DNA of 64,000 nucleotides, from positions 25,978,001 through 26,042,000 of the forward strand of contig NC_086373.1 in NCBI RefSeq assembly GCF_036588685.1, read 5' to 3'. This document shows positions 25,111 through 37,149 of this stretch, in pieces (position 1 is the stretch's first letter; every line of letters begins with the position of its first letter). Position numbers and translations under genes: made by a program. The DNA comes from Mytilus trossulus. Its lineage: Eukaryota. The notes below the pieces were generated by a model. It was not told the DNA's origin. It did no database searches and worked only from the letters and a program-made list of their open reading frames with translations.

Positions 25111-25848
25111 ATGGAACTTTTATTGAACAGTGGACTTTCAAACGTTGTAGCCCTAACTGAAGAAGTTTTCTCCGCCTCTAGCGAAGTATTCGGTAAAGTT
25201 GCAATTAAAAAAGTCCTCAAAACCTCTACTGAGTTTGAAGCTTTCCTCAGCCTCAAACACGAAAACATTGTCGAAGCCATTGAAATCATCGAAGCCGAAG
25301 AATTTGCCTTCGTTTTGATGGAATTCGCTGAATTCGGAGATGTTTTTGAATACATAATGAAAAACGGCCTCATGTCCGTTGAAGCCACCCTCTCTGTCTT
25401 CTCTCAAGTTGTCAAAGCAGTCGAATACTGCCACTCAAATGGAATCGCCCACAATGACATTAAATTAGAAAACGTCTTGTTATCTAATGGATGTGTCAAA
25501 CTGGCTGATTTTGGATTTGCCAAATCAACCGTTATTGTTGCCGAATCTGAAGAATTTTGTGGAACCCTCCCATACGCTGCCCCCGAAGTCATTATGGGAA
25601 TGGAACACAATACCATGAAAGCCGACATGTGGAGTATGGGAGTTATGCTTTACGTCATGCTCTTCGGAGCTTTCCCATTCTCCGATAGTGACGCAACCTC
25701 TATGGTCAAAGCTCAAATCTCAAACACCCTCTCTTTCCCCGAAAACACTAGCGACATCGTAAAATCCCTCGTCTCCTCCATGCTTGAACCCTCTGTTGAA
25801 AAACGTGCTGATGCCATCTCAGTCCGTCTTGCCTTGGGTCAGTTTTAA
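25111..25848 (+). CDS. Intronless TSSK-like (CAMK group) Ser/Thr kinase, 245 aa, unit 2
   Basis: VAIK, H.NIV, HNDIKLEN, DFG, FCGTLPYAAPE, DMWSMGVMLY and the subdomain XI Arg. The TSSK assignment is by eye (V.SA.SE, GD..EYI..NG, PF.DS...M...Q....FP). Confidence 0.9.
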   Translation: MELLLNSGLSNVVALTEEVFSASSEVFGKVAIKKVLKTSTEFEAFLSLKHENIVEAIEIIEAEEFAFVLMEFAEFGDVFEYIMKNGLMSVEATLSVFSQVVKAVEYCHSNGIAHNDIKLENVLLSNGCVKLADFGFAKSTVIVAESEEFCGTLPYAAPEVIMGMEHNTMKADMWSMGVMLYVMLFGAFPFSDSDATSMVKAQISNTLSFPENTSDIVKSLVSSMLEPSVEKRADAISVRLALGQF

Positions 25849-26821
25849 ATACCCAAGCATCCTTGAAATCGCAACAGGCTCCGTTATAGGATCTTGTTGT
25901 GATTTCAAGGATGTTTTTTTTTTGTCCATTCGATTGTTACGGTAAACCATGTATATAAAACACTTGGGCATACCTTTATCCGATACAATATACGGTTACG
26001 GTAAACCTAAGTGTTATCAATCAATTTTACATTCTCATCTTCTTTGTTTCAACAAACTCATTCTATTTTCATTTTAATAAACTTACTGTGACGTGAGTTA
26101 AGCATTGTTTGTTTTCTGAAAAACCTTGAATGGCTGCAGAGAAACAGAAAATTAGAACGCTCAAGTTACGACATAGTCTATTTATTAATTGTTATTCAAG
26201 TTTACCACTTGACCGCACAATCCCGTAGCAAAGCAAGCTGTTTTCATAGGTTTGGGAAGAAATGGAAAACAAGTTGACTCTAACAATCCTCTTACTTTCT
26301 TTGTATTGAGATTCGGGTTTGTAACCGATTCCATGTGGTTACGGTAAACAAGAATGTATGGTCAGTCCATAGTTATATATTTTGTTGAATCATGTTTAAA
26401 TATATTAAAAGCACATAGAAAATGATTTCATCGGTTTACACTTAGCTTGCTGTGGTAAACATTGCATACGAGGATACGGTAAACTGAACTGTATAATAAC
26501 TTGTTCGGTTACGGTAAACCTTTATCGTATAAGTTTATGGTTACGGTAAACATGACAGTTAAAGGCAACACGGTAAACTTATAAGATAAATGCCCTTGTA
26601 CAACCAATTACTTTGTTTACCGTTTGCAAGAGTAGTTACCATTAATGAAAAGGGGAGATTGTTCAATAATGTACTGTTTCATTGTGTAAGAAAGCATTTA
26701 TTTGAACTTTCCACCCTTCAGCATCAATCATTGGAACAGTCCGTAGCAGCCATATCTCTATATAAGGCGTGAATTTCAGTATTTTGATACCTTTATTACA
26801 CTAAATCCACGCCAATTTAAA

Positions 26822-27559
26822 ATGGAACTTTTATTGAACAGTGGACTTTCAAACGTTGTAGCCCTAACTGAAGAAGTTTTCTCCGCCTCTAGCGAAGTAT
26901 TCGGTAAAGTTGCAATTAAAAAAGTCCTCAAAACCTCTACTGAGTTTGAAGCTTTCCTCAGCCTCAAACACGAAAACATTGTCGAAGCCATTGAAATCAT
27001 CGAAGCCGAAGAATTTGCCTTCGTTTTGATGGAATTCGCTGAATTCGGAGATGTTTTTGAATACATAATGAAAAACGGCCTCATGTCCGTTGAAGCCACC
27101 CTCTCTGTCTTCTCTCAAGTTGTCAAAGCAGTCGAATACTGCCACTCAAATGGAATCGCCCACAATGACATTAAATTAGAAAACGTCTTGTTATCTAATG
27201 GATGTGTCAAACTGGCTGATTTTGGATTTGCCAAATCAACCGTTATTGTTGCCGAATCTGAAGAATTTTGTGGAACCCTCCCATACGCTGCCCCCGAAGT
27301 CATTATGGGAATGGAACACAATACCATGAAAGCCGACATGTGGAGTATGGGAGTTATGCTTTACGTCATGCTCTTCGGAGCTTTCCCATTCTCCGATAGT
27401 GACGCAACCTCTATGGTCAAAGCTCAAATCTCAAACACCCTCTCTTTCCCCGAAAACACTAGCGACATCGTAAAATCCCTCGTCTCCTCCATGCTTGAAC
27501 CCTCTGTTGAAAAACGTGCTGATGCCATCTCAGTCCGTCTTGCCTTGGGTCAGTTTTAA
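26822..27559 (+). CDS. TSSK-like kinase, unit 3
   Basis: Protein identical to unit 2. Confidence 0.9.
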   Translation: MELLLNSGLSNVVALTEEVFSASSEVFGKVAIKKVLKTSTEFEAFLSLKHENIVEAIEIIEAEEFAFVLMEFAEFGDVFEYIMKNGLMSVEATLSVFSQVVKAVEYCHSNGIAHNDIKLENVLLSNGCVKLADFGFAKSTVIVAESEEFCGTLPYAAPEVIMGMEHNTMKADMWSMGVMLYVMLFGAFPFSDSDATSMVKAQISNTLSFPENTSDIVKSLVSSMLEPSVEKRADAISVRLALGQF

Positions 27560-28532
27560 ATACCCAAGCATCCTTGAAATCGCAACAGGCTCCGTTATAG
27601 GATCTTGTTGTGATTTCAAGGATGGTTTTTTTTTGTCCATTCGATTGTTACGGTAAACCATGTATATAAAACACTTGGGCATACCTTTATCCGATACAAT
27701 ATACGGTTACGGTAAACCTAAGTGTTATCAATCAATTTTACATTCTCATCTTCTTTGTTTCAACAAACTCATTCTATTTTCATTTTAATAAACTTACTGT
27801 GACGTGAGTTAAGCATTGTTTGTTTTCTGAAAAACCTTGAATGGCTGCAGAGAAACAGAAAATTAGAACGCTCAAGTTACGACATAGTCTATTTATTAAT
27901 TGTTATTCAAGTTTACCACTTGACCGCACAATCCCGTAGCAAAGCAAGCTGTTTTCATAGGTTTGGGAAGAAATGGAAAACAAGTTGACTCTAACAATCC
28001 TCTTACTTTCTTTGTATTGAGATTCGGGTTTGTAACCGATTCCATGTGGTTACGGTAAACAAGAATGTATGGTCAGTCCATAGTTATATATTTTGTTGAA
28101 TCATGTTTAAATATATTAAAAGCACATAGAAAATGATTTCATCGGTTTACACTTAGCTTGCTGTGGTAAACATTGCATACGAGGATACGGTAAACTGAAC
28201 TGTATAATAACTTGTTCGGTTACGGTAAACCTTTATCGTATAAGTTTATGGTTACGGTAAACATGACAGTTAAAGGCAACACGGTAAACTTATAAGATAA
28301 ATGCCCTTGTACAACCAATTACTTTGTTTACCGTTTGCAAGAGTAGTTACCATTAATGAAAAGGGGAGATTGTTCAATAATGTACTGTTTCATTGTGTAA
28401 GAAAGCATTTATTTGAACTTTCCACCCTTCAGCATCAATCATTGGAACAGTCCGTAGCAGCCATATCTCTATATAAGGCGTGAATTTCAGTATTTTGATA
28501 CCTTTATTACACTAAATCCACGCCAATTTAAA

Positions 28533-29270
28533 ATGGAACTTTTATTGAACAGTGGACTTTCAAACGTTGTAGCCCTAACTGAAGAAGTTTTCTCCGCCTC
28601 TAGCGAAGTATTCGGTAAAGTTGCAATTAAAAAAGTCCTCAAAACCTCTACTGAGTTTGAAGCTTTCCTCAGCCTCAAACACGAAAACATTGTCGAAGCC
28701 ATTGAAATCATCGAAGCCGAAGAATTTGCCTTCGTTTTGATGGAATTCGCTGAATTCGGAGATGTTTTTGAATACATAATGAAAAACGGCCTCATGTCCG
28801 TTGAAGCCACCCTCTCTGTCTTCTCTCAAGTTGTCAAAGCAGTCGAATACTGCCACTCAAATGGAATCGCCCACAATGACATTAAATTAGAAAACGTCTT
28901 GTTATCTAATGGATGTGTCAAACTGGCTGATTTTGGATTTGCCAAATCAACCGTTATTGTTGCCGAATCTGAAGAATTTTGTGGAACCCTCCCATACGCT
29001 GCCCCCGAAGTCATTATGGGAATGGAACACAATACCATGAAAGCCGACATGTGGAGTATGGGAGTTATGCTTTACGTCATGCTCTTCGGAGCTTTCCCAT
29101 TCTCCGATAGTGACGCAACCTCTATGGTCAAAGCTCAAATCTCAAACACCCTCTCTTTCCCCGAAAACACTAGCGACATCGTAAAATCCCTCGTCTCCTC
29201 CATGCTTGAACCCTCTGTTGAAAAACGTGCTGATGCCATCTCAGTCCGTCTTGCCTTGGGTCAGTTTTAA
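28533..29270 (+). CDS. TSSK-like kinase, unit 4
   Basis: Protein identical to unit 2. Confidence 0.9.
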   Translation: MELLLNSGLSNVVALTEEVFSASSEVFGKVAIKKVLKTSTEFEAFLSLKHENIVEAIEIIEAEEFAFVLMEFAEFGDVFEYIMKNGLMSVEATLSVFSQVVKAVEYCHSNGIAHNDIKLENVLLSNGCVKLADFGFAKSTVIVAESEEFCGTLPYAAPEVIMGMEHNTMKADMWSMGVMLYVMLFGAFPFSDSDATSMVKAQISNTLSFPENTSDIVKSLVSSMLEPSVEKRADAISVRLALGQF

Positions 29271-30258
29271 ATACCCAAGCATCCTTGAAATCGCAACAGG
29301 CTCCGTTTTAGGATCTTGTTGTGATTTCAAGGATGTTTTTTTTTTGTCCATTCGATTGTTACGGTAAACCATGTATATATAACACTTGGGCATACCTTTA
29401 TCCGATACAATATACGGTTACGGTAAACCTAAGTGTTATCAATCAATTTTACATTCTCATCTTCTTTGTTTCAACAAACTCATTCTATTTTCATTTTAAT
29501 AAACTTACTGTGACGTGAGTTAAGCATTGTTTGTTTTCTGAAAAACCTTGAATGGCTGCAGAGAAACAGAAAATTAGAACGCTAAAGTTACGACATAGTC
29601 TATTTATTAATTGTTATTCAAGTTTACCACTTGACCGCACAATCCCGTAGCAAAGCAAGCTGTTTTCATAGGTTTGGGAAGAAATGGAAAACAAGTTGAC
29701 TCTAACAATCCTCTTACTTTCTTTGTATTGAGATTCGGGTTTGTAACCGATTCCATGTGGTTACGGTAAACAAGAATTTATGGTCAGTCCATAGTTATAT
29801 ATTTTGTTGAATCATGTTCTAATCCCAATAACTTAAATATATTAAAAGCACATAGAAAATGATTTCATCGGTTTACACTTAGCTTGCTGTGGTAAACATT
29901 GCATACGAGGATACGGTAAACTGAACTGTATAATAACTTGTTCGGTTACGGTAAACCTTTATCGTATAAGTTTATGGTTACGGTAAACATGACAGTTAAA
30001 GGCAACACGGTAAACTTATAAGATAAATGCCCTTGTACAACCAATTACTTTGTTTACCGTTTGCAAGAGTAGTTACCATTAATGAAAAGGGGAGATTGTT
30101 CAATAATGTACTGTTTCATTGTGTAAGAAAGCATTTATTTGAACTTTCCACCCTTCAGCATCAATCATTGGAACAGTCCGTAGCAGCCATATCTCTATAT
30201 AAGGCGTGAATTTCAGTATTTTGATACCTTTATTACACTAAATCCACGCCAATTTAAA

Positions 30259-30996
30259 ATGGAACTTTTAATGAACAGTGGACTTTCAAACGTTGTAGCC
30301 CTAACTGAAGAAGTTTTCTCCGCCTCTAGCGAAGTATTCGGTAAAGTTGCAATTAAAAAAGTCCTCAAAACCTCTACTGAGTTTGAAGCTTTCCTCAGCC
30401 TCAAACACGAAAACATTGTCGAAGCCATTGAAATCATCGAAGCCGAAGAATTTGCCTTCGTTTTGATGGAATTCGCTGAATTCGGAGATGTTTTTGAATA
30501 CATAATGAAAAACGGCCTCATGTCCGTTGAAGCCACCCTCTTTGTCTTCTCTCAAGTTGTCAAAGCAGTCGAATACTGCCACTCAAATGGAATCGCCCAC
30601 AATGACATTAAATTAGAAAACGTCTTGTTATCTAATGGATGTGTCAAACTGGCTGATTTTGGATTTGCCAAATCAACCGTTATTGTTGCCGAATCTGAAG
30701 AATTTTGTGGAACCCTCCCATACGCTGCCCCCGAAGTCATTATGGGAATGGAACACAATACCATGAAAGCCGACATGTGGAGTATGGGAGTTATGCTTTA
30801 CGTCATGCTCTTCGGAGCTTTCCCATTCTCCGATAGTGACGCAACCTCTATGGTCAAAGCTCAAATCTCAAACACCCTCTCTTTCCCCGAAAACACTAGC
30901 GACATCGTAAAATCCCTCGTCTCCTCCATGCTTGAACCCTCTGTTGAAAAACGTGCTGATGCCATCTCAGTCCGTCTTGCCTTGGGTCAGTTTTAA
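30259..30996 (+). CDS. TSSK-like kinase, unit 5 (L5M, S95F)
   Basis: Intact ORF with two missense changes. Confidence 0.9.
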   Translation: MELLMNSGLSNVVALTEEVFSASSEVFGKVAIKKVLKTSTEFEAFLSLKHENIVEAIEIIEAEEFAFVLMEFAEFGDVFEYIMKNGLMSVEATLFVFSQVVKAVEYCHSNGIAHNDIKLENVLLSNGCVKLADFGFAKSTVIVAESEEFCGTLPYAAPEVIMGMEHNTMKADMWSMGVMLYVMLFGAFPFSDSDATSMVKAQISNTLSFPENTSDIVKSLVSSMLEPSVEKRADAISVRLALGQF

Positions 30997-31984
30997 ATAC
31001 CCAAGCATCCTTGAAATCGCAACAGGCTCCGTTATAGGATCTTGTTGTGATTTCAAGGATGTTTTTTTTTTGTCCATTCGATTGTTACGGTAAACCATGT
31101 ATATATAACACTTGGGCATACCTTTATCCGATACAATATACGGTTACGGTAAACCTACGTGTTATCAATCAATTTTACATTCTCATCTTCTTTGTTTCAA
31201 CAAACTCATTCTATTTTCATTTTAATAAACTTACTGTGACGTGAGTTAAGCATTGTTTGTTTTCTGAAAAACCTTGAATGGCTGCAGAGAAACAGAAAAT
31301 TAGAACGCTCAAGTTACGACATAGTCTATTTATTAATTGTTATTCAAGTTTACCACTTGACCGCACAATCCCGTAGCAAAGCAAGCTGTTTTCATAGGTT
31401 TGGGAAGAAATGGAAAACAAGTTGACTCTAACAATCCTCTTACTTTCTTTGTATTGAGATTCGGGTTTGTAACCGATTCCATGTGGTTACGGTAAACAAG
31501 AATTTATGGTCAGTCCATAGTTATATATTTTGTTGAATCATGTTCTAATCCCAATAACTTAAATATATTAAAAGCACATAGAAAATGATTTCATCGGTTT
31601 ACACTTAGCTTGCTGTGGTAAACATTGCATACGAGGATACGGTAAACTGAACTGTATAATAACTTGTTCGGTTACGGTAAACCTTTATCGTATAAGTTTA
31701 TGGTTACGGTAAACATGACAGTTAAAGGCAACACGGTAAACTTATAAGATAAATGCCCTTGTACAACCAATTACTTTGTTTACCGTTTGCAAGAGTAGTT
31801 ACCATTAATGAAAAGGGGAGATTGTTCAATAATGTACTGTTTCATTGTGTAAGAAAGCATTTATTTGAACTTTCCACCCTTCAGCATCAATCATTGGAAC
31901 AGTCCGTAGCAGCCATATCTCTATATAAGGCGTGAATTTCAGTATTTTGATACCTTTATTACACTAAATCCACGCCAATTTAAA

Positions 31985-32722
31985 ATGGAACTTTTATTGA
32001 ACAGTGGACTTTCAAACGTTGTAGCCCTAACTGAAGAAGTTTTCTCCGCCTCTAGCGAAGTATTCGGTAAAGTTGCAATTAAAAAAGTCCTCAAAACCTC
32101 TACTGAGTTTGAAGCTTTCCTCAGCCTCAAACACGAAAACATTGTCGAAGCCATTGAAATCATCGAAGCCGAAGAATTTGCCTTCGTTTTGATGGAATTC
32201 GCTGAATTCGGAGATGTTTTTGAATACATAATGAAAAACGGCCTCATGTCCGTTGAAGCCACCCTCTCTGTCTTCTCTCAAGTTGTCAAAGCAGTCGAAT
32301 ACCGCCACTCAAATGGAATCGCCCACAATGACATTAAATTAGAAAACGTCTTGTTATCTAATGGATGTGTCAAACTGGCTGATTTTGGATTTGCCAAATC
32401 AACCGTTATTGTTGCCGAATCTGAAGAATTTTGTGGAACCCTCCCATACGCTGCCCCCGAAGTCATTATGGGAATGGAACACAATACCATGAAAGCCGAC
32501 ATGTGGAGTATGGGAGTTATGCTTTACGTCATGCTCTTCGGAGCTTTCCCATTCTCCGATAGTGACGCAACCTCTATGGTCAAAGCTCAAATCTCAAACA
32601 CCCTCTCTTTCCCCGAAAACACTAGCGACATCGTAAAATCCCTCGTCTCCTCCATGCTTGAACCCTCTGTTGAAAAACGTGCTGATGCCATCTCAGTCCG
32701 TCTTGCCTTGGGTCAGTTTTAA
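31985..32722 (+). CDS. TSSK-like kinase, unit 6 (C107R)
   Basis: Intact ORF; YCH becomes YRH. Confidence 0.88.
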   Translation: MELLLNSGLSNVVALTEEVFSASSEVFGKVAIKKVLKTSTEFEAFLSLKHENIVEAIEIIEAEEFAFVLMEFAEFGDVFEYIMKNGLMSVEATLSVFSQVVKAVEYRHSNGIAHNDIKLENVLLSNGCVKLADFGFAKSTVIVAESEEFCGTLPYAAPEVIMGMEHNTMKADMWSMGVMLYVMLFGAFPFSDSDATSMVKAQISNTLSFPENTSDIVKSLVSSMLEPSVEKRADAISVRLALGQF

Positions 32723-33711
32723 ATACCCAAGCATCCTTGAAATCGCAACAGGCTCCGTTATAGGATCTTGTTGTGATTTCAAGGATGTTTTTTTTTTTGT
32801 CCATTCGATTGTTACGGTAAACCATGTATATATAACACTTGGGCATACCTTTATCCGATACAATATACGGTTACGGTAAACCTACGTGTTATCAATCAAT
32901 TTTACATTCTCATCTTCTTTGTTTCAACAAACTCATTCTATTTTCATTTTAATAAACTTACTGTGACGTGAGTTAAGCATTGTTTGTTTTCTGAAAAACC
33001 TTGAATGGCTGCAGAGAAACAGAAAATTAGAACGCTCAAGTTACGACATAGTCTATTTATTAATTGTTATTCAAGTTTACCACTTGACCGCACAATCCCG
33101 TAGCAAAGCAAGCTGTTTTCATAGGTTTGGGAAGAAATGGAAAACAAGTTGACTCTAACAATCCTCTTACTTTCTTTGTATTGAGATTCGGGTTTGTAAC
33201 CGATTCCATGTGGTTACGGTAAACAAGAATTTATGGTCAGTCCATAGTTATATATTTTGTTGAATCATGTTCTAATCCCAATAACTTAAATATATTAAAA
33301 GCACATAGAAAATGATTTCATCGGTTTACACTTAGCTTGCTGTGGTAAACATTGCATACGAGGATACGGTAAACTGAACTGTATAATAACTTGTTCGGTT
33401 ACGGTAAACCTTTATCGTATAAGTTTATGGTTACGGTAAACATGACAGTTAAAGGCAACACGGTAAACTTATAAGATAAATGCCCTTGTACAACCAATTA
33501 CTTTGTTTACCGTTTGCAAGAGTAGTTACCATTAATGAAAAGGGGAGATTGTTCAATAATGTACTGTTTCATTGTGTAAGAAAGCATTTATTTGAACTTT
33601 CCACCCTTCAGCATCAATCATTGGAACAGTCCGTAGCAGCCATATCTCTATATAAGGCGTGAATTTCAGTATTTTGATACCTTTATTACACTAAATCCAC
33701 GCCAATTTAAA

Positions 33712-34449
33712 ATGGAACTTTTATTGAACAGTGGACTTTCAAACGTTGTAGCCCTAACTGAAGAAGTTTTCTCCGCCTCTAGCGAAGTATTCGGTAAAGT
33801 TGCAATTAAAAAAGTCCTCAAAACCTCTACTGAGTTTGAAGCTTTCCTCAGCCTCAAACACGAAAACATTGTCGAAGCCATTGAAATCATCGAAGCCGAA
33901 GAATTTGCCTTCGTTTTGATGGAATTCGCTGAATTCGGAGATGTTTTTGAATACATAATGAAAAACGGCCTCATGTCCGTTGAAGCCACCCTCTCTGTCT
34001 TCTCTCAAGTTGTCAAAGCAGTCGAATACTGCCACTCAAATGGAATCGCCCACAATGACATTAAATTAGAAAACGTCTTGTTATCTAATGGATGTGTCAA
34101 ACTGGCTGATTTTGGATTTGCCAAATCAACCGTTATTGTTGCCGAATCTGAAGAATTTTGTGGAACCCTCCCATACGCTGCCCCCGAAGTCATTATGGGA
34201 ATGGAACACAATACCATGAAAGCCGACATGTGGAGTATGGGAGTTATGCTTTACGTCATGCTCTTCGGAGCTTTCCCATTCTCCGATAGTGACGCAACCT
34301 CTATGGTCAAAGCTCAAATCTCAAACACCCTCTCTTTCCCCGAAAACACTAGCGACATCGTAAAATCCCTCGTCTCCTCCATGCTTGAACCCTCTGTTGA
34401 AAAACGTGCTGATGCCATCTCAGTCCGTCTTGCCTTGGGTCAGTTTTAA
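33712..34449 (+). CDS. TSSK-like kinase, unit 7
   Basis: Protein identical to unit 2. Confidence 0.9.
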   Translation: MELLLNSGLSNVVALTEEVFSASSEVFGKVAIKKVLKTSTEFEAFLSLKHENIVEAIEIIEAEEFAFVLMEFAEFGDVFEYIMKNGLMSVEATLSVFSQVVKAVEYCHSNGIAHNDIKLENVLLSNGCVKLADFGFAKSTVIVAESEEFCGTLPYAAPEVIMGMEHNTMKADMWSMGVMLYVMLFGAFPFSDSDATSMVKAQISNTLSFPENTSDIVKSLVSSMLEPSVEKRADAISVRLALGQF

Positions 34450-35424
34450 ATACCCAAGCATCCTTGAAATCGCAACAGGCTCCGTTATAGGATCTTGTTG
34501 TGATTTCAAGGATGTTTTTTTTTTGTCCATTCGATTGTTACGGTAAACCATGTATATATAACACTTGGGCATACCTTTATCCGATACAATATACGGTTAC
34601 GGTAAACCTAAGTGTTATCAATCAATTTTACATTCTCATCTTCTTTGTTTCAACAAACTCATTCTATTTTCATTTTAATAAACTTACTGTGACGTGAGTT
34701 AAGCATTGTTTGTTTTCTGAAAAACCTTGAATGGCTGCAGAGAAACAGAAAATTAGAACGCTCAAGTTACGACATAGTCTATTTATTAATTGTTATTCAA
34801 GTTTACCACTTGACCGCGCAATCCCGTAGCAAAGCAAGCTGTTTTCATAGGTTTGGGAAGAAATGGAAAACAAGTTGACTCTAACAATCCTCTTACTTTC
34901 TTTGTATTGAGATTCGGGTTTGTAACCGATTCCATGTGGTTACGGTAAACAAGAATTTATGGTCAGTCCATAGTTATATATTTTGTTGAATCATGTTCTA
35001 ATCCCAATAACTTAAATATATTAAAAGCACATAGAAAATGATTTCATCGGTTTACACTTAGCTTGCTGTGGTAAACATTGCATACGAGGATACGGTAAAC
35101 TGAACTGTATAATAACTTGTTCGGTTACGGTAAACCTTTATCGTATAAGTTTATGGTTACGGTAAACATGACACGGTAAACTTATAAGATAAATGCCCTT
35201 GTACAACCAATTACTTTGTTTACCGTTTGCAAGAGTAGTTACCATTAATGAAAAGGGGAGATTGTTCAATAATGTACTGTTTCATTGTGTAAGAAAGCAT
35301 TTATTTGAACTTTCCACCCTTCAGCATCAATCATTGGAACAGTCCGTAGCAGCCATATCTCTATATAAGGCGTGAATTTCAGTATTTTGATACCTTTATT
35401 ACACTAAATCCACGCCAATTTAAA

Positions 35425-36162
35425 ATGGAACTTTTATTGAACAGTGGACTTTCAAACGTTGTAGCCCTAACTGAAGAAGTTTTCTCCGCCTCTAGCGAAG
35501 TATTCGGTAAAGTTGCAATTAAAAAAGTCCTCAAAACCTCTACTGAGTTTGAAGCTTTCCTCAGCCTCAAACACGAAAACATTGTCGAAGCCATTGAAAT
35601 CATCGAAGCCGAAGAATTTGCCTTCGTTTTGATGGAATTCGCTGAATTCGGAGATGTTTTTGAATACATAATGAAAAACGGCCTCATGTCCGTTGAAGCC
35701 ACCCTCTCTGTCTTCTCTCAAGTTGTCAAAGCAGTCGAATACTGCCACTCAAATGGAATCGCCCACAATGACATTAAATTAGAAAACGTCTTGTTATCTA
35801 ATGGATGTGTCAAACTGGCTGATTTTGGATTTGCCAAATCAACCGTTATTGTTGCCGAATCTGAAGAATTTTGTGGAACCCTCCCATACGCTGCCCCCGA
35901 AGTCATTATGGGAATGGAACACAATACCATGAAAGCCGACATGTGGAGTATGGGAGTTATGCTTTACGTCATGCTCTTCGGAGCTTTCCCATTCTCCGAT
36001 AGTGACGCAACCTCTATGGTCAAAGCTCAAATCTCAAACACCCTCTCTTTCCCCGAAAACACTAGCGACATCGTAAAATCCCTCGTCTCCTCCATGCTTG
36101 AACCCTCTGTTGAAAAACGTGCTGATGCCATCTCAGTCCGTCTTGCATTGGGTCAGTTTTAA
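35425..36162 (+). CDS. TSSK-like kinase, unit 8
   Basis: Protein identical; synonymous GCC>GCA at Ala241. Confidence 0.9.
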   Translation: MELLLNSGLSNVVALTEEVFSASSEVFGKVAIKKVLKTSTEFEAFLSLKHENIVEAIEIIEAEEFAFVLMEFAEFGDVFEYIMKNGLMSVEATLSVFSQVVKAVEYCHSNGIAHNDIKLENVLLSNGCVKLADFGFAKSTVIVAESEEFCGTLPYAAPEVIMGMEHNTMKADMWSMGVMLYVMLFGAFPFSDSDATSMVKAQISNTLSFPENTSDIVKSLVSSMLEPSVEKRADAISVRLALGQF

Positions 36163-37149
36163 ATACCCAAGCATCCTTGAAATCGCAACAGGCTCCGTTA
36201 TAGGATCTTGTTGTGATTTCAAGGATGTTTTTTTTTGTCCATTCGATTGTTACGGTAAACCATGTATATATAACACTTGGGCATACCTTTATCCGATACA
36301 ATATACGGTTACGGTAAACCTAAGTGTTATCAATCAATTTTACATTCTCATCTTCTTTGTTTCAACAAACTCATTCTATTTTCATTTTAATAAACTTACT
36401 GTGACGTGAGTTAAGCATTGTTTGTTTTCTGAAAAACCTTGAATGGCTGCAGAGAAACAGAAAATTAGAACGCTCAAGTTACGACATAGTCTATTTATTA
36501 ATTGTTATTCAAGTTTACCACTTGACCGCACAATCCCGTAGCAAAGCAAGCTGTTTTCATAGGTTTGGGAAGAAATGGAAAACAAGTTGACTCTAACAAT
36601 CCTCTTACTTTCTTTGTATTGAGATTCGGGTTTGTAACCGATTCCATGTGGTTACGGTAAACAAGAATTTATGGTCAGTCCATAGTTATATATTTTGTTG
36701 AATCATGTTCTAATCCCAATAACTTAAATATATTAAAAGCACATAGAAAATGATTTCATCGGTTTACACTTAGCTTGCTGTGGTAAACATTGCATACGAG
36801 GATACGGTAAACTGAACTGTATAATAACTTGTTCGGTTACGGTAAACCTTTATCGTATAAGTTTATGGTTACGGTAAACATGACAGTTAAAGGCAACACG
36901 GTAAACTTATAAGATAAATGCCCTTGTACAACCAATTACTTTGTTTACCGTTTGCAAGAGTAGTTACCATTAATGAAAAGGGGAGATTGTTCAATAATGT
37001 ACTGTTTCATTGTGTAAGAAAGCATTTATTTGAACTTTCCACCCTTCAGCATCAATCATTGGAACAGTCCGTAGCAGCCATATCTCTATATAAGGCGTGA
37101 ATTTCAGTATTTTGATACCTTTATTACACTAAATCCACGCCAATTTAAA

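Noticed and set aside
25065-25716. Recurrent antisense ORFs (107, 93, 74, 63 aa) in every unit
   Set aside because: Shadows of the biased kinase codon usage; they recur only because the unit is repeated and show no recognisable domains.
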